Below are positions 13,300 through 23,936 of a DNA stretch of 64,000 nucleotides, piece after piece. Origin of the DNA: Podarcis erhardii. Its lineage: Eukaryota. A model generated the notes under the pieces. The model saw only the letters and a list, made by a program, of their open reading frames with translations, made no database searches and had not been told where the DNA came from. The first letter of the stretch is position 1; each line of letters starts with the position of its first letter. The translations under genes were made by a program, and so were the position numbers. The stretch lies in assembly GCA_964252035.1 (NCBI GenBank), contig OZ176200.1; one strand, 5' to 3'.

Positions 13300-14200
13300 A
13301 GAAAGGGGTACTCCTGAAGAGAGAGCGGCCCCTCGCTATCGCCTAACGTCAACCGTGAGCCCCTGAGCCCCTCTCTTATTAGAAGAAATCAGAGAGGACG
13401 TCGCTTTCGAGCCCGCAGCTCGTCAATTGCACCGATCGCGCAATCCCAAACCTGGAGCTAAAAACCAGCGTTTTGAAGGTGGCGATTCCTATCTTTGCCA
13501 GCCAAGAAAGCAGCGCCTCCTTCCCAAATTTATTATTATTCTTGCTATTCTATCTTTGCCAGCCAAGAAAACAGCGCCTCCTTCCCAAATTCATTGTTCT
13601 TCTTGCTATTATTGTTGTTACATATGTACTGAATTCTGATGGGATGTTGTTTAGGCTGCTGCTGCTAATTTAAGATAAAACATGCGAAAAGGTATTTCAT
13701 TCAATAAGGCAGAGCGTATCCCGCGCCAGCCATAGGAAAGGCCCCCTTTTCTTTCGCTGCGGCTGAGACTGAACCACAGACTAAGCGGAAGCTGAACCAA
13801 GAGGCGGGGGGAGGGCTATTGCTCAATCGATCCAGCGAACGTATTTCATCCGTCAAATTGGAATTTAACAAGGAGCCGCCATCTCGAGGCAGCAATAAAC
13901 TCACGTGCAGCCCGAGAGGCAAATACCCCACAAAAGGGTTAGAGCTGCTTAGAGGGTGGGGAGCGGGGACCCAGCCTGGTTTGTTGTTCTGCAGTCCAGG
14001 TTTGGTTTGTCTTAAAACAGCGTGTCCTAACGTGGTCATTTAGCTTCTGGTTCTTTTCGTGGCAAAGGCGATATATTACCACTAATAACGGAGGCTCAAG
14101 CGGCAGTTTAAACAGCAAAGTTACTCCCACGGAGCTATATAATACCAGGTCGACATGGATAGGAATTGCAGCCTGAAGGGGCTGACCTCAAAAGCCACCC
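13300..14200. promoter_or_regulatory. CpG-rich promoter-like segment upstream of TSN with no assignable transcript
   Basis: Local CpG enrichment; minus-strand YY1-like GAGATGGCGGC at 13875-13885; GC box near 13803. Confidence 0.45.
13489..13610. repeat. Tandem duplication, 2 x 61 bp
   Basis: ctatctttgccagccaagaaa(g/a)cagcgcctccttcccaaatt...cttgctatt twice, 4 mismatches. Confidence 0.95.
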
Positions 14201-14299
14201 ACCCTTGCATCCTTTTGCTTTGCAATGGGGAATATTGCAAGCACCACCCAACACTGTGGGACCGACTTCTGTGTAAAGCAGAGGCTCAGCTGTCCAGCT

Positions 14300-15060
14300 G
14301 CGGCTTCGTTGCTAGAGCCACCCACCTTGCGCGCGCATGGTCCCACGTTCAATTCCCGGCATCTCCCAGGAGGCCTTTTTTTTTTTTTTTTTTTAAAGCA
14401 CTCCTGCCTGAAATCCTGGATGGGTGGGCCAAGAGCCTGACTTGACTTAAGGCAGCATCTTAAGCCTTAAGCCCACCGTAGACCTGCCCTGTTTATAGAG
14501 CTCCCCCAGGTAGAAAGCGATATGTAAAATGTTGCCAAGACGACGAGTAAGCACCTTGGAGCCGTTTAATCTCTCCACTTAGGCTGTGCAGCTGCCTCTG
14601 CCCACGTCTACTTGCCCCCATGGAAGCCAACGGGGGGCTGACTGCCCTGCGAAGAACGACGCCTAGGGGCTGGGGCTGGGACACGCACGAGAGCGGTGCG
14701 TTTTCCTGTCAGGCAGCGAGCGGGGCAGCCCCGCGACGGCAGTGTGGAAGGACCCGTCCCTTTGGCGGCACGGAGAGTGGTGGGAGTGCCCAGAGCGTTG
14801 TCCCTGCAGCCCGTCCGACTCGCAGCTTCTCCTCGGCGGCGTCGCCATGTCCGTCAGCGAGATGTTCATCGCTTTGCAAGGGGTGCTCACGGCCGACCAG
14901 GATATCCGCGAGGTGAGAGAGGGTCGCGCCGGGGCGAGGACCACGGACGCTTCGCCAGAGCTCGGAAGGGGGATCCCTGCCTTCCCTTTCGCTGCTCCTC
15001 GGATCACGGGGATTAGAGCCCTGGTTTTCCTACCTTCCAAACCGAGGGAGCCAACCTTTT
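14300..15060 (+). promoter_or_regulatory. CpG-island promoter and 5' UTR of TSN
   Basis: CpG-dense region around the TSN start codon, which has a strong Kozak context (GCCATGT). Confidence 0.8.
14847..14912 (+). CDS. TSN: TSN coding exon 1
   Basis: MSVSEMFIALQGVLTADQDIRE, donor GAG|GTGAGA. Confidence 0.97.
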
Positions 15061-18000
15061 AACAACTGCATGCCTGAAACATGGGACCCATTTCTATCAC
15101 GTAAACCCAAAACCGCCCTATGTGCCTCTGTTGTGGCTCCTGTGACATTTACATAACGGCCCAGGAGAGGGAAATTTAGTTGTTGCTGCTTGTTACGCTA
15201 AGTGTGAGAGAAATTGCATAGGCTGAAATCTTCTGCCCTGCACCACCACCGTTAAAGATCTTATTCTCCTTTGCGCCTATTCTTTGTCAAAGCTGAACAA
15301 AGAAACAACAACAACAACCAGTGATGGTTGCAAGCACTGCCACCCATCTTGGGTCAAGGTGTGATCCTCTATGGGGTACTGACCCATCACAAGTAGCAAT
15401 ATGATGAACAGAATCATAGTAACAACCTAATTGCCTCATAGATAACCATTAGTTAGCTAAGTAGTGCAGACCCCGTTTTTCAAAAGCCAAGCTATGGACC
15501 CACTACTTTAAAAAAGTTTGATATCCCTATGGTAGTTTTTGTTACATGAATGGTGCCACAGATCTCCCGGGTGGATTACTGGGACTCCCTGGGGTCCATG
15601 GGCCCCCAATTAGGAACCAGAGGTCTAGAAATTTACTAGAGAGAAAGACGGGCAAAATTGAACAGCAGCTTTGTGCTAACACATTGCATGTTTTTCTGTA
15701 CCATCATATTCTGAGTATTTTATTGTTGTTTACAGGAGATCAGGAAAGTTGTTCAAACTCTGGAGCAAACAGCCCGGGAAATTCTTACAGTGCTACAAGG
15801 AGTCCACCAGGGGTCTGGATTTCAGGACAGTAGGTCATGCTTTGTTTGCCTATTGAGAAAAAAAAGTCACAAACATGTTTACATGCATAAAGGATGGTTA
15901 CAGAAGATGAGGATAAAAGATGCTACTCAGTAACGTAAAAGTGAAATGGTTATGTGTTTTGTGAAAAACATTTTTCTACTTCAGTTTCTTTGTGAATTGG
16001 AAATGCAGGAAAGTGAATCATGTACAATAGATTATAACACTAAATTTGACTGTTTCATTATTGGGCACTTAACTAGTCAACAAAGACTTATTCAGCTGTG
16101 AAATCTTAAAACAAGTCTGGTTTCTATATCCTATCAGACAGGGCAGGGCAGCTTGTGGGTTCTACTCTGCTTGAGCAGAGCCTGGTACAAAAGACATACT
16201 ATTAGAATGAAAGAATTCAGAACCTGGAAATTTTTTAAGGGCCAGAACTGAGCAAAGCACACAGTCTTTCCACACAATAATCCACTCCCTCCCCATTTCA
16301 GCAGTACAATTTAGTGGGTCATTTTGTTGTTGCAAGTGTTAAACACATCTGAGTAAGAAATCCTTGCTGATCTGCTTCAGATCACCCAGAGAATTACTAT
16401 TCAGTCACAGTTTACCTTCTGTTCACTCCAGGTGTGGGGAGCCTAAACAAGTAGAAGCAGGCTTCCTGCTTCAAACTGCCACCCTCCAATTCATGGGGAT
16501 TAGGGGTGGGTAGTGCTAGCACATTTGCTTCCACACCTCTACTCATCTGCCAGCTTACCCAGTTGCAGGAGTGAATCTCCCAGTAGAGCAGAGTGGCTGC
16601 AATAACATTCCCACAGCAGAGTCATTGCCATTTACTTTGAGGGTAGGAAGGGGTAGGTGGTGTGAAGGTCAGGGCTGTACAGACGAGCTAGCTAGCAGGA
16701 GCCCTGGATTGCCTCTTCCAGTGCATCCACAGAACCCTAACTCACCCACCCACCTAGTCTTTCCCTGTAAATGACAGTGACTGTTTCCAGGCACCTATTG
16801 CTGCAGCTGAACCACTCCTGTCATTATGAACTTATTTCAGTGGGACTAAACCATGACTAACTTAGGTTTCAGTCCTGTATCCACTTAGCTAGGAATAAGC
16901 CCCATTGAACTTAATGGAACTTAGTTTTGATGCATAGGATTGTGGTGTCCTATGGATGGATCCAGTGAATCAAACTTAATAGAAAATTAATAAATATATA
17001 AATGCTGTTGGGGTTGTTGTTCATTATTATAGTGCATACATTTGTGTTTTTATGTTGTAAACAACCCAGTGTTCTTCAGAGGGAGGTACAGATAGCAAAT
17101 AAATAAGAAACCTGTTTCTTTTAAGTATCACAGTATTGTCTTTGCTCATGGTTCTATGCCTAAAGGGTGTTTTCTTTAAAGAAACTCAAAAACAAATAAC
17201 TAGCCTTTGTTTTCGAGGTTAAGTGGTGTTTGTTTTTAATTTCAGTACCAAAGAAGTGTCAGAAGGCTCGTGAACACTTTGGTACTGTTAGGACACAGTT
17301 GGCCTCTCTGAAAAACAAGTTCCCTGCAGATCAATATTACAGGTTAGTAAATGTCCACTTTCCTCCTGCCTTTTGTGGTCTTTTTTATAATATTTTAATC
17401 TTTTTTCCATATAGAAAGTTACATTTGTTACTGAGCAATTTCAAACCAATCATTTTAATATGGGTGGCTATGATTTATTTCCACTGTTGGAGGCAGCATG
17501 CTTCAGCATACCAGTTACTAGGAATCACAAGTGGGGAGGATGCTATTGTACCACCACAAGGATAGGATTTAGGACTAGATGGGCATTTTGTCAGATCCAG
17601 CAGGAGTCTTCTGTTTAAAGTGCCAGGAATCACTTTCTCTTTCCCCCCCATGCAGATTTAATGAACATTGGAGATTTGTGTTACAACGTTTGGTGTTCTT
17701 AGCAGCATTTGTTGTCTACTTGGAGACAGAAACCTTAGTGACTCGGGAAGCTGCTACAGAAATACTTGGAAGTAAGGAAATGTTTTTCCACTTAAACGCA
17801 ATGACATTTGGCTTTAGCAAGGCTCCCTGTCTAAGAAATTCAGTAAAATGTTAACCTAAATTGGCATGTCAGAAAGCTTTTACATGTCACTTAGCCTTCC
17901 TTCTAAAACCTTTTGACATAGTTTGACAGTGAAATAAAGACTAGACCTCTGCTTCAGCTCTGCCAAGGTTCCCTTTTTAACTGAAAAAATTAGTAATTGT

Positions 18001-19593
18001 TAGTAAAAAAAGGAGTCCATATATGCACTGCTCGAGAGCTATGAGTTAGCAGAGTTGCAGGCTCCCTGGAAAGGTAGAAAGTCCACAGTGAAAGACAGGG
18101 GAATGTGGGAAGATTAGGTATACACATTAATTATATGAAGCTTCTATACATTCTTATTTACTTTGAAGAAGCCACACTTGTATTCAGTGAGGCTTACTAA
18201 ATGTTTAGGATTGCAGCTCTACTCCAGCAGTGTGGACTCTAAATGGCAGCTACTCATGAGGATCTTGGGCAGAGGTTTTCCCCATGAGCCCTGCTACCTG
18301 AAAATCCTTTTAACTAGAGATGCTAGGGACTGAACCTGGGGCCTTCTGCATGTAAATAATGTGGTCAGCCACTGAGCTTTGGTGCTTGGGATTTGGGGCT
18401 CAGATATGTAACCCTACAATCCTTTCTAGAGTCTGAGATTAACATCCGAGGTACTTCTCTGTGTGCACCCACCGAGAGATGTCGGAGTGTGGCAATGAGG
18501 GAATGGGCCTTTTCAGTGGTAACCTCAGTTATAGGATACTCTCCCCAGGGAAACTCACCTGACACTGGCTTTGTCCTCTTTCAGCCAATAGGTGAAGACA
18601 TTTTTATTCTTCCAGGCATTTGGACAGCAGCACTGATATTGGAACTTTTGGTGGCTACCAGGGTATACATCCTGTGTGAAGGGCGTGGATGCTTTGTGCT
18701 GTTTCAGATTACTTTTTCTTTGGATGAACACTTTTAGTATTTTATATTTGAATTGATCAGTGTAATTAACTAACCATTAACCTAAAAGGAAGGCCTAACT
18801 TGAATTGGCACTCCTTTCATTTTGCAGTCTTCTAGCCCAGATGATTTGTATTAGCAGAGTTGAATCCAAATCCATTCATTCTTTTTGCAGTTGAATCTGA
18901 AAGAGAGAAAGGCTTTCACCTGGACATTGAGGATTACCTCTCTGGGGTGTTGACTCTGGCTAGTGAGCTGGTAAGTAAAGAGTATTGAGAAGTTTTAGAA
19001 CTAATGCAGCATGACTTACCTAGTTGGACTGAAAGTAATATCCAGGGCCTTGTGTGGACAAAACTAGAGGTTACATACCATGGCTCTTTCTTTAATGAAG
19101 TTGCTAGTTGCTCTTTTTCTGCAAAGGGAGGCTTATGGTTGCATATTACTCTACTAATAGTAAAAGTTCACAAGATTGAGGCTTCTTCATCAAATATGCT
19201 CTAAAAGCCAGTATAATTTATCCTCTGGAAGGAAGACAAAGTGCTGAATACCCTGTTCAGATGTTAATACTGTTGTGGGACTCCAGTAAGGCCTACCTAG
19301 CCCGATTTGGTCTCTGCACCTCTGCTTATCTTGCACCATTCTGCTTTCTTCCATAGGCTAGGTTGGCAGTGAACAGTGTCACAGCTGGAGACTACGCCCG
19401 TCCCCTCCGCATCTCTGCTTTTATCAACGAGTTGGATTCCGGATTCCGCCTTCTCAACCTGAAGAATGACTCCCTGAGGAAGCGCTACGATGGCCTCAAG
19501 TACGATGTCAAGAAGATAGAGGAGGTGGTTTATGACCTGTCAATCAGAGGACTCAACAAGGACTCAATTGCTAATGCTGGTGGGGAGAAATAG
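14847..19593 (+). CDS. TSN: Translin, 229 aa; join(14847..14912,15736..15829,17246..17342,17656..17771,18891..18970,19357..19593)
   Basis: Spliced translation MSVSEMFIALQGVLTADQDIRE EIRKVVQTLEQTAREIL...RFNEHWRFVLQRLVFLAAFVVYLE...GFHLDIEDYLSGVL...NSVTAGDYARPL...LRKRYDGLKYDVKKIEEVVYDLSIRG; exons 66/94/97/116/80/237 nt = 690 nt; all introns GT-AG. Confidence 0.98.
15736..15829 (+). CDS. TSN: TSN coding exon 2
   Basis: TTTACAG|GAGATC...GACA|GTAGG; EIRKVVQTLEQTAREILTVLQGVHQGSGFQD. Confidence 0.97.
17246..17342 (+). CDS. TSN: TSN coding exon 3
   Basis: TTTCAG|TACCA...TACAG|GTTAGT; IPKKCQKAREHFGTVRTQLASLKNKFPADQYYR. Confidence 0.97.
17656..17771 (+). CDS. TSN: TSN coding exon 4
   Basis: ATGCAG|ATTT...GGAA|GTAAGG; FNEHWRFVLQRLVFLAAFVVYLETETLVTREAATEILG. 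Confidence 0.97.
18280..18382 (-). mobile_element. Squamate tRNA-derived SINE fragment (Squam2-like) in TSN intron 4
   Basis: gagatgctagggactgaacctggggccttctgcatg...ccactgagct is the reverse of a tRNA-like head; related copies near 27085-27355 and 28335-28490. Confidence 0.55.
18891..18970 (+). CDS. TSN: TSN coding exon 5
   Basis: TTTTTGCAG|TTGAA...GCTG|GTAAGT; IESEREKGFHLDIEDYLSGVLTLASEL. Confidence 0.97.
19357..19593 (+). CDS. TSN: TSN coding exon 6 (stop TAG)
   Basis: CCATAG|GCTAGG; ARLAVNSVTAGDYARPLRISAFINELDSGFRLLNLKNDSLRKRYDGLKYDVKKIEEVVYDLSIRGLNKDSIANAGGEK*. Confidence 0.98.
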   Translation, partial: ARLAVNSVTAGDYARPLRISAFINELDSGFRLLNLKNDSLRKRYDGLKYDVKKIEEVVYDLSIRGLNKDSIANAGGEK

Positions 19594-19995
19594 AGGGGGG
19601 CTTGTTGAACTGAAGCAATCATTACCTCAGTCTTGCTGCCAATGAAGGAGAAGCTTTAACCTGAGCTCTCCAGCAGTAGTTTAGAGGAACCACAAAGCTG
19701 CATACCACTGTTGTTTTTTCCTAAAGGAATGTTTAGTATGTCCAAGCAGAAGCACTCATTCCCCACCCCCCAAGCCCCTCTAGCAGGCGCTGCTTGGAGT
19801 CCTAAGTCACACTGGTGTAAGCAAACTGTCATCTCTGAATTACAGCTGTTGCTATCCCATTATCCCTGCAGAACCAAGCATGGGGATTATTTTCCCCCTG
19901 CGTCACAGCCTTTGTTCAAGCCTCATCCTTTTTGGATCTCCACGTCATTTACATGTAGCACAGTTTATGCACACTGCTGCCCTGGGCTCCTTTGT

Positions 19996-20005
19996 AATAA
20001 ATAAA
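19996..20005 (+). terminator. Proximal poly(A) signal(s) of TSN
   Basis: Overlapping AATAAA hexamers about 400 nt after the stop codon. Confidence 0.55.
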
Positions 20006-20946
20006 AGTTCAGTACTTGGCTGCAGCTGATGTGTAAACAGCTTGTCAAAAAGCATTCATTTTCTGCTCATCTGTGTAAACCAGATAGATTGCTGCATAAA
20101 ATCAAGAGTTCAGAACTAGGATGATCAGTTCAGTAGAAATATTGTTGGGAATATATGTTTTCAAATAGTCACCATTATATAGTACACATATATTTGTATC
20201 CTTAAACATGCTGATTTTTACATTTGGGAAGAGACGTGAAATAGTCATTGAAGCTGAACAGTTGCTTGTGGGCATGTTCCAAGTATATATATATAAGTTT
20301 TAAAAAGCAAATCCTGGAACATGTTTTAGGTGATTTTTTTGTGGGGGGAGGAGCACAGATTTCAAGGAGGTAAGTAGTTACGTAACAGGGCAAAGGTGTT
20401 TGTGTTCCTTTGAATTCTAAGTGACCTGTTTCACATTTCCTTCATTTTGTATCGTATCTTTTTTATATAACATTCTTGGTCCATCATGCAGCAAAGAATG
20501 TGTTTGGCCTTAACAAAAAACGGTGACACTTACCTTGATCCTAAATACATGTACATGGAGGCGAGTTGCTTTGTGCATAGGAGCACAGCTTTTGTATGTA
20601 GGGTGCAGGTGCAAATCACTCTTCTTTCACCTCCACTGTATTAGTATTTAACATCCATCTTCTGAATCTCATTTATATGTGCAAAATTTGTTTCTGCAAT
20701 ATACTGTGTTGTTTTGTCTGAGCATTTTTCATATTGTGTGCTGTATAGGATCTGTTTTCCCCCTGCCCTAAAGTTTTTCCTTTGACAAATATCACCTCCA
20801 AAAGATAAGAAAAATATTTGTACTTTACAATATTAGTGGCTGTAAGTATCTTTTGTTTGTAAATCTTTGCCTTTTTCTGGTTACTTTTTGGGATGGGTGG
20901 GGGAAAGTTCATTGAAAAGCAAATTCTTCCTTTGTTAATGTGGGTA

Positions 20947-20952
20947 AATAAA
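20947..20952 (+). terminator. Distal poly(A) signal of TSN
   Basis: AATAAA followed by a GU/U-rich tract (tgtgtgtctatgattttgttatgttt). Confidence 0.6.
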
Positions 20953-21826
20953 AGACACTGTTCTTTAATACTGTGTGTCTATGATTTTGTTATGTTTCTT
21001 ACAAGCTTGCACCCTGTAATTCACAATAACTTGTTAAGTGTACAGGTATCATATTTTCTTCATTTTAACGAAAACCCCTTCTTTCAAGACACTGCAATTC
21101 TACAGCGCCCATTTTGGGAGGAAGGCTATGATAAAGGGTTCACAACTGGTGCAGAAAATCTTGCTAAATGATATTCTTACAGGTTTTTTCCTGTCGGCTA
21201 TAGAATAGAAAAGTGCTGCCACATATTTTGTTCTCTAATATTCTACAGAGTTCTTTTTTATTATTATTCTCATGTGTCACTAGGATAGGAGTGATCTGGT
21301 ATGGAAAACAAAAAGAGAAGTTAATTAAAGTGCAAGGAAACATAATTATTAAAACATTTTATGTTAATCTACAATAATGTAACGGATTCCTTTTTAATTA
21401 AAATTTTGAAATACACTAGATTACATCATTTAAATAATCACAAACTAGAAGAGGTAATTGAGCCTTGTTAACAGAAGCGTATTTCAGAACGATTTCTGAT
21501 GTTAAGACATTCCTTGGATTTCTACAATGGGTTTTTAACCATTTACAAACAAATCCAGTGATCCGTAAAGGGAGAGAGTATTGCTTATCCACAGGATTAT
21601 ACAGGTATTCTGGAATGTTTGTGAGTGAACTCTGAATATATTTCGGCTTCCTTTTCCATTTACGTGTTACATGCATTCAGTGCAAAGTAAAACTCGGTAA
21701 ACTGGTTCCTACATGGGCATGAGGGTAGAAGTAGAAAACTGATAAGCTAACAAAAGATGGATGAATTAAATGTTTCCTGGGAGAGCAAGCTGAAATGAGG
21801 CTAATTATACTGTCTAAACATTCTCC

Positions 21827-21832
21827 TTTATT
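21827..21832 (-). terminator. Candidate poly(A) signal of the RhoGEF gene (alternative at 21257-21262)
   Basis: First minus-strand AATAAA I found downstream of the stop at 23141. Confidence 0.35.
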
Positions 21833-23140
21833 GTGTTAATACTGCTCTAAATTTGACTGGATGTTGCCTAATGCTGTTATAATATATGCACAATGAAACC
21901 AGTCTATCATATATGGTCAAAATTCCTTTTTCCCAGCACAATCATGCAGTGTCAGACATCTCACACTCCTATCTGATCCCCACATTATTAACAATATTAG
22001 CTCAATATTTTCTCTCTAGAGACCTGCTCCTCATGATCTGGTGCCAATAACCCCTAATTACCATAGAGGAAGACATCCCAAGTAGGCCACAAATCTGAAG
22101 GGCCCGCCCTGCCCCCCTTGAGCAAGTCTTCACAGGGTAAAGCCTATTTGCCCTCAGACAGACAACACACATTTTGTTGTCTTCACTGTTATACCTATTT
22201 ACAAAATGTGCAAAAGATTCCCATTACCCAGAATCTAGATCTCACTCCTCTTACCACTTAAGAGCCTCCTCTGATTTCTCCTCAGGCCAAGTTGTGCTGA
22301 AGTGATTATTTTGGCTAGCCAGAATAACTCCTTATGTTCCTACAGCTCATTCTCAACTTTCACTCCACACTTAACAGGCAGTCTTCAAACTAACAACACT
22401 CTACCTTTTCGCTACCAGCTCAGTCAGTTACACTAAGCAGAGGGTCGGCCACCAACCTCCTCTCAAGATGACAGCCTCTTTTTGACAGTTCTTGTTCAAT
22501 GGGGCCCTCACTTTATCACCTCATCAGGCAATGCCCCTAAAATTGGGGAATGTGGCCTCCAGAAGGGTTTGTGGGGCACCTACAAGAGAGGGGGCAGCAT
22601 TTTGTAAGTCTTATTGATAAGTAGGTCTATAAAGAGGCTCAAGATTTCCCACAATCTGAGTGTCTACCTCGTGGATTTGCTGACAGGGAAGGGTGGAATG
22701 GTCAGTCACAGACTGCTGTGGGTTACCTGAAGCTAGAGACCATGGGCTGTGGAGCAGCTGAGAAGAGGAGTAGCGGAGGTAAGGGAGCAACTGTGTGTGT
22801 AGGAACCACTCAGTTGGGAGCAAAGCAGACATAAAGGTTGTAGGAGCCAGGTAGCTACACCTAATGAGGTTTCTAAGTTGGGTTGTATGGAAGATCTAAC
22901 AAGCTTAAAAACGGGGCACATTTTTTCCTTCAATTTGAGAAACACTCATTTAAGTGGTACTCGTCACAAATGAATTCTCAGTAGAAAATGACATCGTTAC
23001 GGATAGCTCCAATGCTAACTGGCCAGGTGAAGTTCATCCTTGGTGCAATTTTTGTTGAAAAGGAGATCTTCAACCCAAAGCAGGTTGTGAGGAAATTTCT
23101 GAGCTTACTTAGCCAAGTCATTTCACAGTCAGCAATCCTT

Positions 23141-23936
23141 TCATGACCTATTGTGCGATGCGCTTATCATGATGTTGGGCAAGGCGTTGCGCCGCTTCTT
23201 CCAGGAGCCCAGCTCCCGAGAGTACCTCCGTATCTGCCTGAACCAGTGGTGAGTTCGTGCCTTGTCTCCATCTCGGAACACAAAAGACTCCCGCCTGATC
23301 TCAAGGAGTTCAAACGTGTCGTCGCAGTCGGGATCCACAGAGACCACACAGTTGCTGAGTCTCAAGGGCTCCCTGAGCAAGCTGAACTTCCCATTGTTTT
23401 TGTCCCTAATCAGTACCAGTACTGCATCTTTCACAGGTCCTGGCTCTCCGGGTTCAAAGCTAGACTCAGAGGCGCGTCTGATGTTGACCATGAGGAGCAC
23501 TTGCATGTTCTGGAATTTTAAGGTCTTGCTGCCCTTTTTGACCCACTGTCCATCAGGAGGCTGGGCCAACTGCAAGGGCCCTTCCATCACAAAGCGGGTT
23601 TCTTCCCGCAGCCAGCCCACAGTCTTGATAGCGGTTTCCCTCATTTCAATGTTAATGACCTCCCTGTTCTTCTTGCTGTCCTGGCGGAAGGAACGCAAAG
23701 TCCACGAGTTTCCTTCCTGCTTGGTCTTCATGTTTATGTGCTCCAGGTGGGACTCAATGCGGCTTTTGGCCTCCCTCAGGCTGCTGTGATCTGGGTGGTA
23801 CTCAGTGGTGGCTTTGATGATGCGGCTCAGCAGAAGTGGGTACTTGGTGACTCTCTGCAGTGGAGCCATGAGGAAGGACCGCAGATTCATGCGGCGAAGA
23901 GCTGTGTTGTCGTTCTGGGAAACATTGAGGAAAATC
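23141..23936 (-). CDS. RhoGEF last exon: end of DH domain, PH domain, C-terminal tail
   Basis: Acceptor TTTTTACCTCCCTGCAG|GATTTTC; IFLNVSQNDNTALRRMNLRSFLMAPLQRVTKYPLLL...KKRRNALPNIMISASHNRS*. Confidence 0.95.

Noticed and set aside
14620-15062. Overlapping ORFs around TSN exon 1
   Set aside because: Only MSVSEM...IRE is real; the rest is UTR, intron read-through or shadow frames in a CpG island
22603-22968. TG...CA-bounded 366-bp segment in the RhoGEF 3' region resembling a solo LTR
   Set aside because: No target-site duplication, no canonical AATAAA and no second copy beyond a 10-bp match near the window end
23041-23053. TGGTGCAATTTTT, matching the 3' end of U4atac snRNA (hosted in a CLASP1 intron in human)
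   Set aside because: Only 13 nt match; the U4atac 5' stem and body are absent
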